In this document: positions 60,752 through 64,000 of the stretch, in pieces
How the letters are laid out: the number at the start of each line of letters is the position of its first letter
How positions within the stretch are numbered: the stretch's first letter is position 1
DNA from: Bryobacterales bacterium
Lineage (GTDB): Bacteria > Acidobacteriota > Terriglobia > Bryobacterales > Bryobacteraceae
Length of the DNA stretch: 64,000 nucleotides
Assembly: GCA_963841635.1 (NCBI GenBank)
Contig: CAWJDO010000003.1
Span: 159,820 to 223,819, forward strand
Reading direction: 5' to 3'
Made by a program: the position numbers and the translations under genes
The notes under the pieces: generated by a model
Database searches by the model: none
What the model saw: only the letters and a program-made list of their open reading frames with translations
What the model was told of the DNA's origin: nothing

Positions 60752-63562
60752 CTAGCTGCAGCCGCTGGTCCCGCCGCAGTTCCCGCACTTGTAGCAGCTC
60801 CCGTTACGCGTCATGATCGAGCCGCATTCCGAGCACAGCGGCGCGTCGTCGGCCACCGGCGCGAAGGGCAGGCTCTGCTGCGGGTCGGGCTCCGTAGGAC
60901 GCAGCTTGGGCGTCTCGCCCGCTTCCGTCACCGCGTATTCCGGCCCCAGGAAGCGCGCGCCCATCCACCGGAAAATATAATCCAGAATCGACTTGGCGTA
61001 GGGCACGTGCGGATTCCCCGTCCACCCGCCCGGCTCGAAGCGCACGTGGCTGAACTTGTCCACCAGGAACTTCAGCGGCACGCCGTATTGCAGCGCGAAG
61101 CTGATCGCCGTCGCGAAGCCGTCAACCAGCCCGGAAATCGTCGAGCCTTCCTTGGCCATGGTGATGAACAGCTCGCCCGGCGTGCCATCGTCGTACAGGC
61201 CGACCGTGATGTACCCCTCGTGCCCGCCGATCGAAAACTTGTGCGTCACCGAGGCGCGCTCGTCCGGCAGCTTGCGCCGCACCGGACGGTAAACTATCTT
61301 CTCCGGCCCAGCCCCAGCGGCCGCCAGAATCGCCGCCGCCTGCTTGGTCCCGCCGCCCGAGCTCAAAGGCTGCACCCGCTTCGAGCCGTCGCGGTAAATC
61401 GCCACCGCCTTCAGGCCCAGACGCCAGCTCTCGATGTAGGCATCCATGATGTCCTGCGCCGTCGATTCCTCGGGCATGTTGATGGTCTTCGAAATGGCGC
61501 CCGAAATGAACGGCTGCACCGCCGCCATCATGCGCACGTGGCCCATGTGCTGGATGAAGCGGACGCCGTTCTGCGGCCGGAAGCTGCAATCGAACACCGG
61601 CAGGTGCTCGTCCTTGATGCCCGGCGCGCCCTCGATGGTCCCGGTGGAATCGATGTGGCTCACGATCTGCTCCACCTGCTCCGCCCCATAGCCCAGGCGG
61701 ATGAGCGCCTGCGGAACCGTGTTGTTCACGATCTTGATGACGCCGCCGCCGACCAGCTTCTTGTGTTTCACCAGCGCCAGGTCCGGCTCGATGCCCGTGG
61801 TGTCGCAGTCCATCATGAAACCGATCGTGCCGGTGGGCGCGATGACGGTGACCTGGGCGTTGCGGAAGCCGTTCTGCTTCCCGGCTTCGTACGCCTCGTC
61901 CCACACCTGCTGCGCCACTTCCCTGAGTTCCGCGGTGTGTTTGTGCCCGATGCGGCTGACCGACCCGCGATGCATGCGGATCACCTCGAGGAACGGCTCC
62001 TCGTTCTTGGGGTACATGGCGAAGGTGCCCACGGCGCCGGCGATGCGAGCGCTGGTCAGGTAGGCCTGGCCGCACATGACGGCCGTCAGCGCCGCGGCGC
62101 AGTCGCGCCCGGTATCCCCGTCGTAGGGCAGGCCCAGAGACATCAGTAGCGCGCCCAGGTTGGCGAAGCCCAGCCCCAGCGGCCGGTAGTTGTGCGAGTT
62201 CTCGGCGATCTTCTGGGTCGGGTAGCTGGCGGCATCCACGAATATCTCCTGCGCCAGGATCACCGTGTCCACCGCGTGACGGAACGCCTCGGCGTCGAAG
62301 CGGCCGTCCGGACCCAGGAACTTCAGCAGGTTCAGCGACGCCAGGTTGCAGGCCGAATCGTCCAGGAACATGTATTCCGAGCAGGGATTCGAGGCGTTGA
62401 TGCGGCCCGAAACCTTGCACGGGTTCCAACGGTTGACCGTGGTGTCGAACTGCATGCCCGGGTCGCCGCACTGGTGCGTGGCCTCGGCGATCTCCTTCAG
62501 CAGATCGCGCGCCTGGAAGCGCTGCTTGGGTTGGCCGGTCACCACCGACTTGGTCCACCACTCGCGATTCTCGAGCGCCGCGTGCATGAATTCATCCGAG
62601 GCGCGCACCGAGTTGTTGGCGTTCTGGAAGAACACCGAGCCGTAAGCCTCGCCGTCGATCGAGTTGTCGTAGCCCGCGTCCACCAGCGTGTGGGCCTTCT
62701 TCTCTTCCTTGGCCTTGCACCAGATGAAATCGTGAACGTCGGGGTGGTCCGTGTTGAGGATCACCATCTTGGCGGCGCGGCGCGTCTTGCCGCCGGACTT
62801 GATCACGCCGGCGAAGGCGTCGAAGCCCTTCATGAAGCTCAGCGGGCCGGAGGCGCGGCCGCCGCCCGAGAGCCCGGCCTCTTCCTCACGCAGGGGAGAC
62901 AGGTTCGTGCCGGTGCCCGAGCCCCACTTGAACAGCATGCCCTCGGTCTTGGCCAGGTCGAGGATGGATTCGAGCGAGTCGCGGACCGAGTTGATGAAGC
63001 ACGCCGAGCACTGCGGGCGCGATTCGCCCGCCATCAGCTTGCGGATCGAGTCGTTCGTCTCTTCGTAGCACCAGCCGTAGCCGCGCGCCTCGCTGACGCC
63101 CACATTGAACCACACCGGCGAGTTGAAGCTGGCCTTCTGTGTGAGCACCAGGTGGGCCAGCTCTTGACGGAAGTTCTCCGCGTCGGCGTCGGTCTTGAAG
63201 TAGTCGCCCTCCTGGCCCCACTTAACCGTGGTATCGACCACGCGATGGACCAGCTGCGCCGCGCTGGTTTCCCGCTCGTCCGAGCCCAGCCGCCCGTGGA
63301 AATACTTGCTGGCGACGATGTTGGTGGCGGTCTGCGACCAGTCAGCCGGCACCTCGACGTCGCGCTGCTCGAACATCACCACGCCCTTATCGTTGGCGAT
63401 ACTGGCGGTGCGTATCTCCCAGCGGCACTCGTCGTAGGGGGTGCGTCCCGGCGGCAGCTTCGCAGTGAAGTAGCGTGGAAACGACACGCCCTCCCGTTTC
63501 GGCTTCTGGCTCCGCTCGGTTTCCGGCAGCTTGACGCTCAGATCGACTCCCAACTGTCCCAT
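60752..63562 (-). CDS. nrdJ: Adenosylcobalamin-dependent (class II) ribonucleoside-diphosphate/triphosphate reductase
   Basis: 936 aa with the blocks ASKYFHG, SACFI, FKWGSGTG.NLS.LR, NPCSEY, AVAIYRDGSK and a C-terminal Cys-rich tail (CSECGSIMTRNGSCYKCGNCGGTSGCS). Confidence 0.92.
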   Translation of the reverse strand: MGQLGVDLSVKLPETERSQKPKREGVSFPRYFTAKLPPGRTPYDECRWEIRTASIANDKGVVMFEQRDVEVPADWSQTATNIVASKYFHGRLGSDERETSAAQLVHRVVDTTVKWGQEGDYFKTDADAENFRQELAHLVLTQKASFNSPVWFNVGVSEARGYGWCYEETNDSIRKLMAGESRPQCSACFINSVRDSLESILDLAKTEGMLFKWGSGTGTNLSPLREEEAGLSGGGRASGPLSFMKGFDAFAGVIKSGGKTRRAAKMVILNTDHPDVHDFIWCKAKEEKKAHTLVDAGYDNSIDGEAYGSVFFQNANNSVRASDEFMHAALENREWWTKSVVTGQPKQRFQARDLLKEIAEATHQCGDPGMQFDTTVNRWNPCKVSGRINASNPCSEYMFLDDSACNLASLNLLKFLGPDGRFDAEAFRHAVDTVILAQEIFVDAASYPTQKIAENSHNYRPLGLGFANLGALLMSLGLPYDGDTGRDCAAALTAVMCGQAYLTSARIAGAVGTFAMYPKNEEPFLEVIRMHRGSVSRIGHKHTAELREVAQQVWDEAYEAGKQNGFRNAQVTVIAPTGTIGFMMDCDTTGIEPDLALVKHKKLVGGGVIKIVNNTVPQALIRLGYGAEQVEQIVSHIDSTGTIEGAPGIKDEHLPVFDCSFRPQNGVRFIQHMGHVRMMAAVQPFISGAISKTINMPEESTAQDIMDAYIESWRLGLKAVAIYRDGSKRVQPLSSGGGTKQAAAILAAAGAGPEKIVYRPVRRKLPDERASVTHKFSIGGHEGYITVGLYDDGTPGELFITMAKEGSTISGLVDGFATAISFALQYGVPLKFLVDKFSHVRFEPGGWTGNPHVPYAKSILDYIFRWMGARFLGPEYAVTEAGETPKLRPTEPDPQQSLPFAPVADDAPLCSECGSIMTRNGSCYKCGNCGGTSGCS

Positions 63563-63646
63563 TTTGGCTCAGCCTCCTCTATACGTCTATTGTCTCAGTC
63601 CCACAGGGGTAAAGGGCTCATAGCAGCCCCACGGTCTGTAATGTTG

Positions 63647-63662
63647 CCCCAATATATAGTGT
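63647..63662. promoter_or_regulatory. Candidate NrdR box (CCCCAATATATAGTGT) upstream of nrdJ
   Basis: 14 of 16 positions match the palindromic consensus ACACWATATATWGTGT as I recall it. It lies 85 nt upstream of the nrdJ ATG in an AT-rich stretch. A second, weaker AT palindrome (AAATATCTATTT) lies at 63674-63685. Confidence 0.4.
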
Positions 63663-63763
63663 CTCGTCAAGAGAAATATCTATTTGTAGTGCTTCCAGTT
63701 ACAGTGTAACCCCGAGCGTCATTTCGGAATATGGAGAGTCGAAGCTCCCTTTTTGGGGCAAGG

Positions 63764-63886
63764 GTGGGGCGGACCCCCGGGTCCGCGCGGGTCCCCTGGA
63801 TCCGCTTTCCCGCTCGGGAATCGAGATGATTGGTACGACGACCAGGCCGACGGGGGCGTCGGCCGCGGACCAGGGGTCCGCCCCAC
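63764..63886. repeat. Family-F long imperfect palindrome (GTGGGGCGGACCCC ... GGGGTCCGCCCCAC)
   Basis: There are perfect 14-bp outer arms at 63764-63777 and 63873-63886. The inner arms are CCCCTGGATCCGC and GCGGACCAGGGG. The central hairpin is GCCGACG-GGGG-CGTCGGC. Confidence 0.85.
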
Positions 63887-63895
63887 TCCCCGCGC

Positions 63896-64000
63896 TCAGC
63901 CCTTCGGTTCGAGGATGAATGTCGGCGCCAGGCCGGCCACCGTGGAGAAGCCGCCGTTGGCCGCCGAGAGCCAGCTCGAGCATCCCTGCACTTTGCCGAG
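63896..64000 (-). CDS. 3' end of an unidentified CDS (partial, runs off the window end)
   Basis: The minus-strand frame reads ...LGKVQGCSSWLSAANGGFSTVAGLAPTFILEPKG* with TGA at 63896-63898. No family recognised. Confidence 0.35.
   Translation of the reverse strand, partial: LGKVQGCSSWLSAANGGFSTVAGLAPTFILEPKG

Noticed and set aside
60725-63709. Two long + strand ORFs (474 aa and 505 aa), plus the 479-aa minus ORF 61122-62561
   Set aside because: They are antisense to, or out of frame with, nrdJ, whose product is unambiguous.

Overview
This is a high-GC bacterial chromosomal window with dense coding on both strands. The gene content points to Acidobacteriota of the Solibacter/Bryobacter type; that placement is an inference. 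It rests on tandem VWFA-related proteins, CarboxypepD_reg-type outer-membrane receptors, CRTAC1/ASPIC-UnbV FG-GAP proteins, ATPase-less FtsX/MacB-type permeases and many palindromic intergenic repeats.

Gene order from left to right:
- GH39 and GH2 glycosidases, separated by an orphan gap.
- Four tandem VWA-like paralogues.
- Two TPR + CRTAC1 modules with a TonB-dependent-like receptor.
- A YkgJ/FliB-family Cys-cluster gene, then a flagellar core operon (flgB-flgC-fliE-fliF-fliG-fliH-fliI-fliJ).
- hfq-hflX, a HAD hydrolase, gltA, an FtsB-like gene, cutA, an MFS transporter, an aldo/keto reductase and ybaK.
- A three-gene unit with a 1362-aa orphan secreted TPR protein, a DUF3592 protein and an HGSNAT-like acyltransferase.
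- gatB, two CarboxypepD_reg repeat proteins and two MacB-like permeases.
- An ECF sigma/anti-sigma pair and rsmA.
- A lower-GC island carrying hicB, vsr, a putative restriction endonuclease and a C5 DNA methyltransferase.
- Class II ribonucleotide reductase nrdJ.

I saw no rRNA, tRNA, CRISPR array or transposase.

The most unusual sequence-level signals are:
- At least six families of intergenic palindromic repeats. Three of them have arms built from tandem 7-10 bp units.
- A 4 x 11-bp TTGACA-containing tandem repeat in a divergent promoter region.
- Apparent loss of MIDAS residues in the VWA paralogues.
- The giant orphan protein + DUF3592 module.

I cannot name a definite new system from sequence alone. 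Candidates are ranked by interest score in the findings. All long ORFs that mirror recognised genes were treated as GC-driven artefacts.
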